Source: Synechocystis sp. PCC 6803 substr. PCC-P (GTDB lineage: Bacteria; Cyanobacteriota; Cyanobacteriia; Cyanobacteriales; Microcystaceae). From it: DNA of 32,000 bases. The stretch lies in contig NC_017039.1 in assembly GCF_000284455.1 (NCBI RefSeq), positions 30,001 to 62,000 of the forward strand. The letters are read 5' to 3'. The position numbers were made by a program, and so were the translations under genes. Of the stretch, positions 18,067 through 27,339 are shown piece after piece. Within the stretch, counting starts at the first letter, position 1. Every line of letters starts with the position of its first letter. The notes beneath the pieces are model-generated. The model was given only the letters and a program-made list of their open reading frames with translations, had not been told where the DNA came from and did no database searches.

Positions 18067-18408
18067 CTAATCTGGCCATGAAAGAGCAAGCAAAGACGAA
18101 TTTTTATCTTCATAAAATAATTGGATCATCCTAAATTCTCGACGCAGTAAATTTTCAACCTGTGAAGTAGAGCAGTTTCCTAATCGAAGCCAAATAACTT
18201 TGGGAGGGCTACCAAACACCAGACTAAGATCGTGCATGTCTGCATCTTTAGAGACAATCATTAAGTCATTATTTTTTGCATAATCCCAAACGATAGGATC
18301 AATTGTTGCCTCCATTCCAACATTTCGCACATGAAGGGAATTAGGAAAAAGATCGCCCAATTGAATGGGCAATTTAGGAGAGAGATTTTCGTCAAACAAT
18401 AATTTCAT
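18067..18408 (-). CDS. DUF5615 (PIN-like) family protein, putative toxin
   Basis: 113 aa; MKLLFDENLSPKLPIQLGDLFPNSLHVRNVGM...DPIVWDYAKNNDLMIVSKDADMHDLSLVFGSPPKVIWLRLGNC. Acidic residues in the LFDENLS and SKDADM motifs are typical. Confidence 0.88.
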   Translation of the reverse strand: MKLLFDENLSPKLPIQLGDLFPNSLHVRNVGMEATIDPIVWDYAKNNDLMIVSKDADMHDLSLVFGSPPKVIWLRLGNCSTSQVENLLRREFRMIQLFYEDKNSSLLALSWPD

Positions 18409-18635
18409 GCAGACAGGGGAGAAATCATCAATCGACGTTCACGGTCGGCTGCATAAGCAATACAAGCCTTCAAATCTTCTTTAGTTAAATCTGGAAAATC
18501 TTCGAGAATTTCCGCCTCAGTCATCTCAGACGCTAAATATTCGAGTACTTCATAAACAGTGATACGTAAACCGCGCACACAAGGTTTACCTCCTCGTTTA
18601 TTGGGTTCAATCGTAATGTAGTTTCTGTAGTTCAT
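18405..18635 (-). CDS. DUF433 family protein, putative antitoxin
   Basis: 76 aa; NYITIEPNKRGGKPCVRGLRITVYEVLEYLASEMTEAEILEDFPDLTKEDLKACIAYAADRER. 4-nt ATGA-type overlap with the downstream DUF5615-like gene. Confidence 0.9.
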   Translation of the reverse strand: MNYRNYITIEPNKRGGKPCVRGLRITVYEVLEYLASEMTEAEILEDFPDLTKEDLKACIAYAADRERRLMISPLSA

Positions 18636-18662
18636 TGTAAATCCTCGCTAATTTTTTATAGT

Positions 18663-19868
18663 TTATTCACGTTTACTAGTCGGTGGTGGGGTGATGCGCC
18701 AACGTACCAGGAATTGGTCAATGCGTTGCAGAATTTGCCGATCTTCTTGGGGTAATGACTCTTCATTGTCAGAGAAAGACTTTTGTAAAAAGCTAAAGGC
18801 TTGGCGGATTTGCTCTCCATTGGTAGCCACTGGGGCAGAAAAGTGACAGGGAATGAGGGTTTCCACCGGCCAGCTAGTAATTTTTTCTACCCATTGCCAT
18901 ACGGCTTCCGGTTCCCGGTTGAGAATTAGCTCTTGCAAAATGGGAGCCACCCGTACTTTGCCGCCGCCCCACAGGGTTTGAAAAGTGTTCTGCCAATCCC
19001 TGCGCCACCGAAATGGGTACAAACCAAAATAATTTTCCCGACGGCGATCGCCAACTTGTTTTGCTTCTTGCCACACCTGGTTCCAATTAGGTACTTCTAG
19101 GGTACTAGCTTGGAAATAGAGAGCAAATAAACAAATGCGTTGCCACCCCTTGGCTCGATTGGCGAGATTATCTTCCGGGCGATCGCCAGCCTTATCCCTG
19201 GCATGGAACATTAGGGGAGTGGGGTCTAGTTCCAAGACCGGGGGGGGATTTTCCGACAAAACCAACAGGGTATCCGTCACCAGTAAAGTATGACTAGACC
19301 AATGGAAAAAAGCCACTTCGCCAAACTTGCCCAGGCGTAAATCCAACGGCCCGAGGTAAGCGTAATCAAATTCCCCGGCAAAGGGAGTTTCGCTACTATC
19401 AGCGGGCAAAATTTTCGTTCGATCGCCTGGAAATCCCAACCAACTGAGAGGTAAATTAAGGGGAAAACTCCATTGGCCTGGGGCTACATAGACCGTTGCT
19501 TCTGGACAATGGCGAGCTAGAGACGGTACATTAGCCTTATGTTCCAACCCGGAAATGGTGGGTAGGATAATATACTTCACTGGGCCATATTTGGCCGTTA
19601 GTTGCCCCAACAATTGCAAACATTCTGCCGTGGGGGCAATGGGAGAGTAAATTAGCAATCCCCCCGTGTTCAGGCGCACCACCGTCATGCGGATGGGTAC
19701 TACCACATAAAAAATTCCCTGTACCTGCTCCAACACCCAGATAGTGTCCGGTACCACTTCCCGCACCAAAGTTTGCCTTTGACTGTAGGGATAAATGGGC
19801 ACCAGATACCAGTAGGGCCAGGTCTGACTGGGCTGGGAAGATCGGGAAAGGGACTGCCGCATCGTCAC
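18663..19868 (-). CDS. DUF4336-like (metallo-beta-lactamase-like) conserved protein
   Basis: 401 aa; VVVPIRMTVVRLNTGGLLIYSPIAPTAECLQLLGQLTAKYGPVKYIILPTISGLEHKANVPSLARHCPEATVYVAPGQWSFP...; the pattern matches cyanobacterial/plant DUF4336 proteins. Confidence 0.7.
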   Translation of the reverse strand: MTMRQSLSRSSQPSQTWPYWYLVPIYPYSQRQTLVREVVPDTIWVLEQVQGIFYVVVPIRMTVVRLNTGGLLIYSPIAPTAECLQLLGQLTAKYGPVKYIILPTISGLEHKANVPSLARHCPEATVYVAPGQWSFPLNLPLSWLGFPGDRTKILPADSSETPFAGEFDYAYLGPLDLRLGKFGEVAFFHWSSHTLLVTDTLLVLSENPPPVLELDPTPLMFHARDKAGDRPEDNLANRAKGWQRICLFALYFQASTLEVPNWNQVWQEAKQVGDRRRENYFGLYPFRWRRDWQNTFQTLWGGGKVRVAPILQELILNREPEAVWQWVEKITSWPVETLIPCHFSAPVATNGEQIRQAFSFLQKSFSDNEESLPQEDRQILQRIDQFLVRWRITPPPTSKRE

Positions 19869-19892
19869 CGAGGAGGATGAAAAATTGAAAAA

Positions 19893-20231
19893 TTATTCAG
19901 ATTTGGAAAAACCTAAGCCATTTTCTGCGCCGTAGCGCTCCATAAAGCGCATAAAACGGTCCCATTCCGGTTGGGAATTGAGGATCACCGTGGCCTCGAT
20001 CGCCGTAGGACGGCCATTGATAAATTTGCCCTTTACTTCCCTGGTGATAATTTCCCCTTCGTCGTCGATTAAATACATGCCGGTAATATCATCGGTGCTT
20101 TCTTTCGCTAGAATTGTCGGTTCCAAGAAATAGAATTTTGCCATGCCGGACTGCCCATTCTTCGACTTGCTGAGGCGCACTTCTGGGACAACGGTTTCTG
20201 CAACTCCCTTGGAAAATTGAATTTCAGCCAT
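19893..20231 (-). CDS. psb28: Photosystem II assembly protein Psb28
   Basis: 112 aa; [40 protein letters not shown]...[29 protein letters not shown]. Confidence 0.97.
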   Translation of the reverse strand: MAEIQFSKGVAETVVPEVRLSKSKNGQSGMAKFYFLEPTILAKESTDDITGMYLIDDEGEIITREVKGKFINGRPTAIEATVILNSQPEWDRFMRFMERYGAENGLGFSKSE

Positions 20232-20245
20232 GTTTTTTTACCTTA

Positions 20246-21895
20246 ATGACATTAATTTCGTTAACTCCCCATCATGGCATAGATCCCGGTAGTGGCCGAA
20301 AAAACACCCCCATGGGACTACTCGAAACCCAAGTTCACCACCTGCTCAAAGCCCAACAGCGCCAACAAACCATTCCCCCCTGGCCCCATTCGTTAACCAT
20401 GGGTCGTTTGGTATCCCGGGCCCTGCGACTACGGCGATCGGCCTTGATTCAAACTGGTTGTTTGCCCCCCACCTACGGCCCCAGTTATCTATTGCCCTGT
20501 TTACTTAGTGATCAGCCCATTCGCCTGGTCACCACCCCCAAACGTAAGCAAGATTTGGAAACGGCTATTTTGCCCGCTTTGCAAATGGCCCTACAAAGTA
20601 ATGATCCCGATTTGGTCATCACCTGGCCGGAAATTGTTACGCCTGACCAATGGCTACAAGAGAATTTAGGGCCATTGCCCCATATTGCCCCCGCCTTAAC
20701 GGCGATCGAGCAGGTAGAACATTTAGAAGATTGGACCAGGGATTTTCTTTCCCATCACCTAGATTGGAACACCCTCCAACCCCTTTTTGCCCAAACTCCC
20801 CAGGGCCAAGACCAAGTTCTAACCCATTGGAGCCGCCTCAGTCAGTCCCTCTTTGCCCGCCCCATCAACCCCCATGGTTTTTATCCCTTGGATGGAGAAG
20901 AATTAAAGGAGTTAAATCAGGCGGTAACGGAACAGTTGACGATTAGTCAGGGTGAAAATGCCATTAAGCAAGAAAATATTCAGAAAATTCAGCAGTTTTG
21001 GCAGTTTTGGCAAGAACAAACCGATAACCATCTCCTCTGGGCCGAAGTGGACCGACAGCAGGGCAGAATCAGTCTCCACGTCAGTCCGGTCAATGTACAG
21101 CCCTGGCTACAGCCGATTTGGCAAAGCTCCGATCAAGGTCAGGGAGATTTTATTGATGGAGGCCAAGACAGCGATCAAGCCGCCTTTGTCCTCATCGGCA
21201 GTTTTTTAGACGCTGAGAAAACCGCCCCCACCTATTGCAAAACTTTGGGTTTGGGAAATTTACTCTGCTTAAAGTTTTCTCCCCACCGTCTCCAGGATGC
21301 GTTAACCATTTACCTCCCCGATCGCCTACCCTTACCCAATACCCCAGCCTTCCAAACCACTTTGCTAACGGAAATCGAACGCATTTTGACAGAAATCATG
21401 GCGGTGCAACCGGACACCTTTGTGGTGATTTTGCTTGACGATTTACCGCTCAAAGCCCAATTAGGCAGTCAACTAGCGGCCAAATTAGGCTCTGGAGTGA
21501 AAGTGGAACCGACCCCCAACTTTGCTCCTGGTATTTTGGTGGCGGGCTGGCAATATTGGTGTGCTCAAAGAGAAAAGTTTCCCCCGCCGGCCCTGCTAAT
21601 TCTGGGCACTTTGCCCATTCCTTCCCTGGAAAATCCCCTGGTGGCCAAACGAGTACAACACCACAAACGCCACCATCAAGACTGGTTCCGGGACTATTTA
21701 CTACCAGTGGCATTGAAAGATTTACAGCAGGCAGTGTTACCCCTACGAGAGTCCGGCGGTTGGTTAGCTATCTTGGATGACCGGGTCAATTCCCGCAGTT
21801 ACGGCCGGGAAGTGCTCAAAGCCCTAGCGCCCTACGGCAAAAGGAATTATTTTGATCCCCAGGATTTGCCCCAGGTGACAACAGCTCAGAAGTGA
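20246..21895 (+). CDS. Degenerate DinG/XPD-like helicase-related protein
   Basis: 549 aa; C-terminal ESGGWLAILDDRVNSRSYGREVLKALAPY resembles DinG motif VI; ISLHVSPVNVQPWLQPIWQ and AAFVLIGSFLDAEKTAPTYCKTLGLG resemble conserved DinG C-domain blocks. No Walker A or DEAH motif. Actual start may be further downstream, e.g. MGLLETQVHHLL. Confidence 0.55.
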   Translation: MTLISLTPHHGIDPGSGRKNTPMGLLETQVHHLLKAQQRQQTIPPWPHSLTMGRLVSRALRLRRSALIQTGCLPPTYGPSYLLPCLLSDQPIRLVTTPKRKQDLETAILPALQMALQSNDPDLVITWPEIVTPDQWLQENLGPLPHIAPALTAIEQVEHLEDWTRDFLSHHLDWNTLQPLFAQTPQGQDQVLTHWSRLSQSLFARPINPHGFYPLDGEELKELNQAVTEQLTISQGENAIKQENIQKIQQFWQFWQEQTDNHLLWAEVDRQQGRISLHVSPVNVQPWLQPIWQSSDQGQGDFIDGGQDSDQAAFVLIGSFLDAEKTAPTYCKTLGLGNLLCLKFSPHRLQDALTIYLPDRLPLPNTPAFQTTLLTEIERILTEIMAVQPDTFVVILLDDLPLKAQLGSQLAAKLGSGVKVEPTPNFAPGILVAGWQYWCAQREKFPPPALLILGTLPIPSLENPLVAKRVQHHKRHHQDWFRDYLLPVALKDLQQAVLPLRESGGWLAILDDRVNSRSYGREVLKALAPYGKRNYFDPQDLPQVTTAQK

Positions 21896-22022
21896 TTTCT
21901 AAAAAAAATATAAAGAAAAGAGGATAGAAGAAATCTATTTTTGAGAGTTTCACAAGCATTTCTCCTCACTGGAGGTGGTCTATGTAGACCAAGGGTATTG
22001 AGAGGAAAATTTTGCTTGGGCA

Positions 22023-22233
22023 ATGAGGCAATTGTGTGGAGATTCAGTGCGAATTGGGGTCGTTAAGCGTTCATCCAAAGAATTTGAACTTTTAGCCAAG
22101 CGTTGGGTGATAGAGCGTACTTTTGGTTGGTTAAATCGCTATCGGCGATTAAACAAGGATTGCGAACTTTATACCGAAATAAGTGAAGCAATGATTTATG
22201 GTGTCCTCATCCGTATAATGCTTTCTCGTATTA
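22023..22233 (+). pseudogene. C-terminal relic of an IS5-family transposase, interrupted near its 3' end by ISY100; last two codons and stop at 23183..23190
   Basis: RIGVVKRSSKEFELLAKRWVIERTFGWLNRYRRLNKDCELYTEISEAMIYGVLIRIMLSRI is a typical IS5-family C-terminus. Removing ISY100 plus one TA restores ...RIMLSRITS*. Confidence 0.85.
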
Positions 22234-23180
22234 TAGTAGTTTCAAATAAAGCTGAGACGCTAAACGCCACAGTAAGAACGGATAATTTCATCAAGAGACG
22301 TGTCAATAGGAGCGTACATTCTAGCTCGTTTCAAGGCACTAAAGTCATGCTCAATATCATTTAAATCAGGAGAATATTTCGGCAAAAAAAGAACTTCATG
22401 ACCTGCTTCTTTAGCCAATTCTTTAATGGCAGTTTTACGATGAATAGGAGCATTATCCATTATTAATATTGATGGAATGTCGAGGGAGGGTAGCAAATAT
22501 AATTTTAACCATCCTTCAAAGCCTTCTGCATTCAAACTCCCGGTAAAAACCATCGGCGCAATCAAATCTTTTTTTCCTTTTCTTCTCCCTGCTACTAGAT
22601 TTTCTCTGACTCCCCTTTTTCCTTGTCTATCTCCATAAACTTTTTTTCCTTTTTTTGACCAGGCATAAATACAAGCCTGGATTGCTTCGAATCCAGATTC
22701 ATCTATGTAAACTATAGCTTGACTACCATAGAGCTTAATTAGTTCTCTTAACATTCTATAGTACTTAACTCGTTCCTCCCGGTTTCTTTCTCGATAACGT
22801 AGTTCTTTTTTTTTTCTGTTTATTTTCATTTTCTTTAATGCGTAATATACGGCACTCGGCCTCACTCCAAATTTCTTGGCTCTGTCTATCAATCTTGCAT
22901 CGGGATTTTCTTCTACGTCTTTTTTTAGAGCTTCCCAGTCTAATTTCCTATGGCGACGCTCTACTTTTGTTGGGCTTAAATCTACTCTATTTAACCATCT
23001 GTATATCGAGGCTTTTCCTATTTTATATATCTTGGAAGCCTCAGTTATTTTTCCTCCAGCTTCTATATAAGCTACTACCCTTTGCCTTAAATCTAAACTG
23101 TAAGCCATTGTTTAAACCTGTTCATTTTGTACACTCCATAATTTTACATTAAATTCTCTCATCGTTAATTGAAATGACTA
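22234..23180 (-). mobile_element. ISY100 (IS630/Tc1-mariner family), apparently complete, 947 bp
   Basis: Imperfect about 24-bp terminal inverted repeats (left TAGTAGTTTCAAATAAAGCTGAGA; right, reverse complement, TAGTCATTTCAATTAACGATGAGA) and TA duplications at 22232-22233 and 23181-23182. The inferred length is exactly 947 bp, as I recall for ISY100. Confidence 0.95.
22260..23108 (-). CDS. ISY100 transposase (IS630/Tc1-mariner DDE)
   Basis: 282 aa, uninterrupted; helix-turn-helix N-terminus and DDE blocks VYIDESGF, LIMDNAPIH, LPKYSPDLNDIEHDFSALK. Confidence 0.95.
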   Translation of the reverse strand: MAYSLDLRQRVVAYIEAGGKITEASKIYKIGKASIYRWLNRVDLSPTKVERRHRKLDWEALKKDVEENPDARLIDRAKKFGVRPSAVYYALKKMKINRKKKELRYRERNREERVKYYRMLRELIKLYGSQAIVYIDESGFEAIQACIYAWSKKGKKVYGDRQGKRGVRENLVAGRRKGKKDLIAPMVFTGSLNAEGFEGWLKLYLLPSLDIPSILIMDNAPIHRKTAIKELAKEAGHEVLFLPKYSPDLNDIEHDFSALKRARMYAPIDTSLDEIIRSYCGV

Positions 23181-23452
23181 TACCTCTTAATTTTTACTTT
23201 AGAAACTATAGCGAAGATCAAGACGGTTAGAACCAACAGTCACTGAAACCTTCTCGGAATAAGCATTTTGAAATTGAAACTGTCCCAAATAACTCACTTT
23301 TTGCTATAGCTCTTAATATTGGGATAATTTTGTTGATGGGTGGTTGAAACTACAATTTTTCCAGTGTGGTCGGTCATAAATTAGTCAGACAATCAAATAA
23401 TTAAAGCAATTTAGATCAGATTTTTAGCAATAACTGTTGAGCCCATTGCCCG

Positions 23453-24127
23453 CTAGCTATCCGAGTTGTGATGGTAGATAATTTTGTGGGTAATTTGACT
23501 GTGGCTATAGAAGGGTTTGGCTGCGTGTAAAATTTCCGTGACCCAGTTGAGGGTCATGATGGCGTCTAAATAATCTCCCCTACTATTCTTGGCGATGGGA
23601 TGATCAAGGAAGGCAACTGCCAATTCTTGCATTAACGCCCTAGCAGTGCCGCTCCCATAGGAACTTTCGTCCGATGATTGCTTATGAAAGTCCCAGTCAA
23701 TAATCCAGGTAAGAATTTTTGCTTTGGCTTGGTTAACCCGATAAGCTTTAATGCGGTGGGTGTATTTGGTGATATCAACATTGCGTTTTTGACGAATATA
23801 TCGGTCTGCTTTGCGGAGATAACCTTTGCTCGCTTCTTGTAAAATTTCTTGGTCTAACATTTTATTGAATTCCCGCAGGTTATCTAGGGTAATAAGAATA
23901 GAACCAACGGAAGTTTGATAGCGTACTTGGAAAGCGGCAATGGTAAATTCATGGCTGGGAGGCAGTCGGTATAATTCCCCTTTTTGATCCAAGGATTTTT
24001 TGATCAAACTAACTTTGTCTACAGATGAAGCTTCGGCTTTGGTTTGGCGGTTAAGAATGGTATCTAACCCTTGCTGCACCAAGGACTCAACTTTCATACT
24101 ACTTAGCTTTGAAAGATCAAAGTTCAT
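23453..24127 (-). CDS. Hypothetical protein
   Basis: 224 aa complete ORF; central LPPSHEFTIAAFQVRYQTSVGSILITLDNLREFNKMLDQEI. No family recognised. Confidence 0.6.
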   Translation of the reverse strand: MNFDLSKLSSMKVESLVQQGLDTILNRQTKAEASSVDKVSLIKKSLDQKGELYRLPPSHEFTIAAFQVRYQTSVGSILITLDNLREFNKMLDQEILQEASKGYLRKADRYIRQKRNVDITKYTHRIKAYRVNQAKAKILTWIIDWDFHKQSSDESSYGSGTARALMQELAVAFLDHPIAKNSRGDYLDAIMTLNWVTEILHAAKPFYSHSQITHKIIYHHNSDS

Positions 24128-24532
24128 TTTAACTAAGCCAACTGGTGAATGGGAGGAAAAAGGTAGTGGAAAAGAGAGAATTTTAGCGTGGTATTTTTCT
24201 ATCGTAAAAAGATATTAAAGATGCCACCAACTAACCCTTCAAATAAGATTTCTCCATTCCTACTTTAGCAATTGAATTTCTTATTTGGAGCCATTGCCTG
24301 GGGAATAAAAAACGAACTAGGGTGGGGGTGGGCAAAGAGCCATTATTCAGTTCAAAAAATTATCCTTACTACCCATTTGACTGGGCACTTGTCAAGAATC
24401 GGCCTCTTATGGAGGAGGGCTAGGGAAATTTGACATCACTTTCAAACTTTGTCAACACCCTCTAATTTGGGCGAAACGAACTGTTACTGAAAATTTTCGT
24501 TAACCTTGGAATCAGTTCGCCAAGTTTTAGCC

Positions 24533-25657
24533 ATGAAATACGTTGATGAATATCGGGATGCCCAGGCGGTGGCCCATTACCGTCAGGCGATCGCCAGGGA
24601 GATAACCAAACCTTGGACGCTGATGGAGATTTGCGGCGGCCAGACCCACAGCATTGTCAAATATGGCTTGGATGCTTTGTTGCCGAAGAATTTGACTCTG
24701 ATCCATGGTCCCGGCTGTCCTGTGTGCGTCACTCCGATGGAATTAATTGACCAGGCTTTGTGGTTAGCTAAGCAACCGGAGATCATTTTTTGTTCCTTTG
24801 GCGATATGTTGCGGGTGCCCGGCAGTGGGGCGGATTTGCTGAGCATTAAAGCCCAGGGCGGCGATGTGCGCATTGTCTATTCTCCTTTGGATTGTTTGGC
24901 GATCGCCAGGGAGAATCCTAATCGGGAAGTGGTATTTTTCGGAGTAGGTTTTGAAACTACAGCCCCTGCCACGGCCATGACTCTCCACCAAGCTAGGGCC
25001 CAGGGAATTAGCAATTTCAGTTTACTTTGCGCCCATGTATTGGTGCCCCCGGCTATGGAGGCTTTATTAGGCAATCCCAATTCCCTCGTGCAGGGCTTTT
25101 TGGCGGCAGGGCATGTCTGTACGGTGACCGGGGAAAGGGCCTATCAACATATCGCTGAAAAATACCAAGTACCCATTGTCATCACTGGCTTTGAACCTGT
25201 GGATATTATGCAGGGCATCTTTGCCTGTGTGCGCCAACTGGAGTCGGGACAATTCACCTGCAACAATCAATATCGGCGATCGGTCCAACCCCAGGGCAAT
25301 GCCCATGCTCAGAAAATTATTGACCAAGTGTTTGAGCCAGTCGATCGCCATTGGCGGGGTTTGGGATTAATTCCGGCCAGCGGTTTGGGTTTAAGGCCAG
25401 CATTTGCCCCCTGGGATGCCGCAGTTAAATTCGCCAATTTATTGCAAACCATGGCCCCAACGATGGGAGAAACAGTGTGTATTAGCGGGGAAATTTTACA
25501 GGGACAACGGAAGCCCAGCGATTGTCCAGCCTTTGGTACTATCTGCACCCCAGAACAACCCTTGGGGGCTCCCATGGTTTCCTCGGAAGGAGCCTGTGCC
25601 GCCTATTACCGTTATCGCCAACAATTACCGGAACCAGTGGGAGCGGCCAGAGTTTAG
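24533..25657 (+). CDS. hypD: Hydrogenase maturation protein HypD
   Basis: ORF 24506..25657 with likely ATG at 24533 ([13 protein letters not shown]). HypD motifs [22 protein letters not shown]-like, [84 protein letters not shown]. Confidence 0.98.
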   Translation: MKYVDEYRDAQAVAHYRQAIAREITKPWTLMEICGGQTHSIVKYGLDALLPKNLTLIHGPGCPVCVTPMELIDQALWLAKQPEIIFCSFGDMLRVPGSGADLLSIKAQGGDVRIVYSPLDCLAIARENPNREVVFFGVGFETTAPATAMTLHQARAQGISNFSLLCAHVLVPPAMEALLGNPNSLVQGFLAAGHVCTVTGERAYQHIAEKYQVPIVITGFEPVDIMQGIFACVRQLESGQFTCNNQYRRSVQPQGNAHAQKIIDQVFEPVDRHWRGLGLIPASGLGLRPAFAPWDAAVKFANLLQTMAPTMGETVCISGEILQGQRKPSDCPAFGTICTPEQPLGAPMVSSEGACAAYYRYRQQLPEPVGAARV

Positions 25658-25668
25658 TTTTGCTGGGA

Positions 25669-26550
25669 TCAGACAATCCCCTCACTGATAGCTTGGTGGA
25701 GCATGGCCCGTAACGAAGCCCGCCAATGGGGAGGGGCAGAACCCAAAGTTTCTACTATTTTTTGATGGGATAAAACAGAATAGGCTGGCCGTCGGGCCGG
25801 GGTGGGATAGGCAGCTGTGGCAATGGGCACCACCTGACGCACCTTAAGGGGAATACCTAGATTTTCAACTTCCTCAAAAATAGCCACGGCAAAATCGTAC
25901 CAACTGGCCACCCCACTGTTGCTGTAGTGGTAAATGCCCTGGGCCCGTTGTTCCGTCAAAGCGGCGATCGCCTCGGCCAGATCCTTTGCCCAGGTGGGCC
26001 CACCAATTTGATCCGCCACCACCCTGACTTTTTGCCGTTCTTTGCCTAAACGCACCATGGTTTTGACAAAATTGCCCGATCCATGGACTCCATAAACCCA
26101 GGCAGTGCGGACAATAAGAAAATTACAACCACTGTCGGCAATGGCTATTTCCCCCTGGAATTTGCTTTGGCCATAAACCCCGAGGGGATTGGTGGCATCC
26201 GTTTCTCGGTAGGGAGAACTCTGGCTACCATCAAACACATAGTCAGTGGAAATATGCACCACATAGGCACCGATTTCCTTGGCCACTTTGGCGATCGCCT
26301 GGGGAGCAAGGGCGTTAACTGCGTAGGCTAATTCCGGTTCTGTTTCGGCCCTGTCCACAGCAGTATAGGCCGCGGAGTTGACAATAATGTCCGGGGCAAA
26401 AGCACGAATTTTCTCCCCTAAGACATCCGGCTGGGCCAAATCAAAGCTAGCCCTAGTTGCTTCTTGCACTGAACCAAAACAGGACAAAGGAATGGCTAAT
26501 TCTCGTCCCACTTGCCCCGCTGAACCTAATAACAGGATTTTGCTCGCCAA
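25669..26550 (-). CDS. rfbD: dTDP-4-dehydrorhamnose reductase
   Basis: 293 aa; KILLLGSAGQVGREL (Rossmann), VNSAAYTAVDRAE, VHISTDYVFDGSQSSPYRETDATNPLGVYGQSKFQGE, RTAWVYGVHGSGNFVKTM. Confidence 0.96.
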   Translation of the reverse strand: MASKILLLGSAGQVGRELAIPLSCFGSVQEATRASFDLAQPDVLGEKIRAFAPDIIVNSAAYTAVDRAETEPELAYAVNALAPQAIAKVAKEIGAYVVHISTDYVFDGSQSSPYRETDATNPLGVYGQSKFQGEIAIADSGCNFLIVRTAWVYGVHGSGNFVKTMVRLGKERQKVRVVADQIGGPTWAKDLAEAIAALTEQRAQGIYHYSNSGVASWYDFAVAIFEEVENLGIPLKVRQVVPIATAAYPTPARRPAYSVLSHQKIVETLGSAPPHWRASLRAMLHQAISEGIV

Positions 26551-26555
26551 CCTAA

Positions 26556-27224
26556 CTAAGCTCCCAGGGAAACTTCTGTGCCAATGGGGCAGGCCACATT
26601 AGTGCCCCCCAAACCGCAGTAACCATTGGGGTTTTTCGCCAAATATTGTTGGTGATAGTCTTCAGCGTAATAAAAATCCGGGGCTGGTAAAATTTCCGTG
26701 GTAATTTCCCCGTAGCCTGCCTGTTGCAGAGCTTGCTGATAGGCTTGCTTCGATGCCAAAGCGGCCTGTTGTTGGGCTTCGGAATAGGTGTAAATGCCAG
26801 AGCGGTATTGGGTACCCACATCATTGCCCTGGCGCATGCCCTGGGTAGGGTTATGGCTTTCCCAAAAGACTTTGAGCAATTGGTCGTAACTCACTTGCTG
26901 GGGATCAAAGGCTACTAAAACCACTTCGTTATGGCCAGTCATACCCGTACAAACTTCTTGGTAAGTGGGATTGGGGGTATAACCAGCCGCATAACCAACA
27001 GCGGTGCTGTAAACTCCAGGTATTTGCCAAAATTTGCGTTCTGCTCCCCAAAAACAGCCTAAACCAAACAGAGCCGTTTCCATTCCCTGGGGAAAGGGAG
27101 CTTTGAGAGGATTGCCGTTGACAAAATGCTTATCTGGCACGGGCATAGTGGCCGATCGCCCGGGTAATGCTTCATTGGGGGCAACCATGGCAGTTTTTTT
27201 ACCGAATAAATCGAAGAATCCCAT
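26556..27224 (-). CDS. msrA: Peptide-methionine (S)-S-oxide reductase
   Basis: 222 aa; [53 protein letters not shown]...[15 protein letters not shown]. Confidence 0.97.
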   Translation of the reverse strand: MGFFDLFGKKTAMVAPNEALPGRSATMPVPDKHFVNGNPLKAPFPQGMETALFGLGCFWGAERKFWQIPGVYSTAVGYAAGYTPNPTYQEVCTGMTGHNEVVLVAFDPQQVSYDQLLKVFWESHNPTQGMRQGNDVGTQYRSGIYTYSEAQQQAALASKQAYQQALQQAGYGEITTEILPAPDFYYAEDYHQQYLAKNPNGYCGLGGTNVACPIGTEVSLGA

Positions 27225-27339
27225 AATGCTTAAGTTGTTGTTATTTATCTAAGTGCGGATAATACTGAACGAAGCTTTGACCAACTGCTTTGACTCCGCC
27301 TCTGAACTAGTGTAACGAAACTGTTACAAACCCGAGGTG

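Noticed and set aside
22023-22364. 113-aa ORF as a single gene
   Set aside because: Chimera: the C-terminal IS5-family relic reads across the ISY100 boundary at 22233/22234. The tail VVSNKAETLNATVRTDNF... is ISY100 non-coding or antisense sequence.
25004-25351. Minus-strand ORFs antisense to hypD (e.g. 25067-25351)
   Set aside because: Antisense to a highly conserved gene, with no recognisable motifs.
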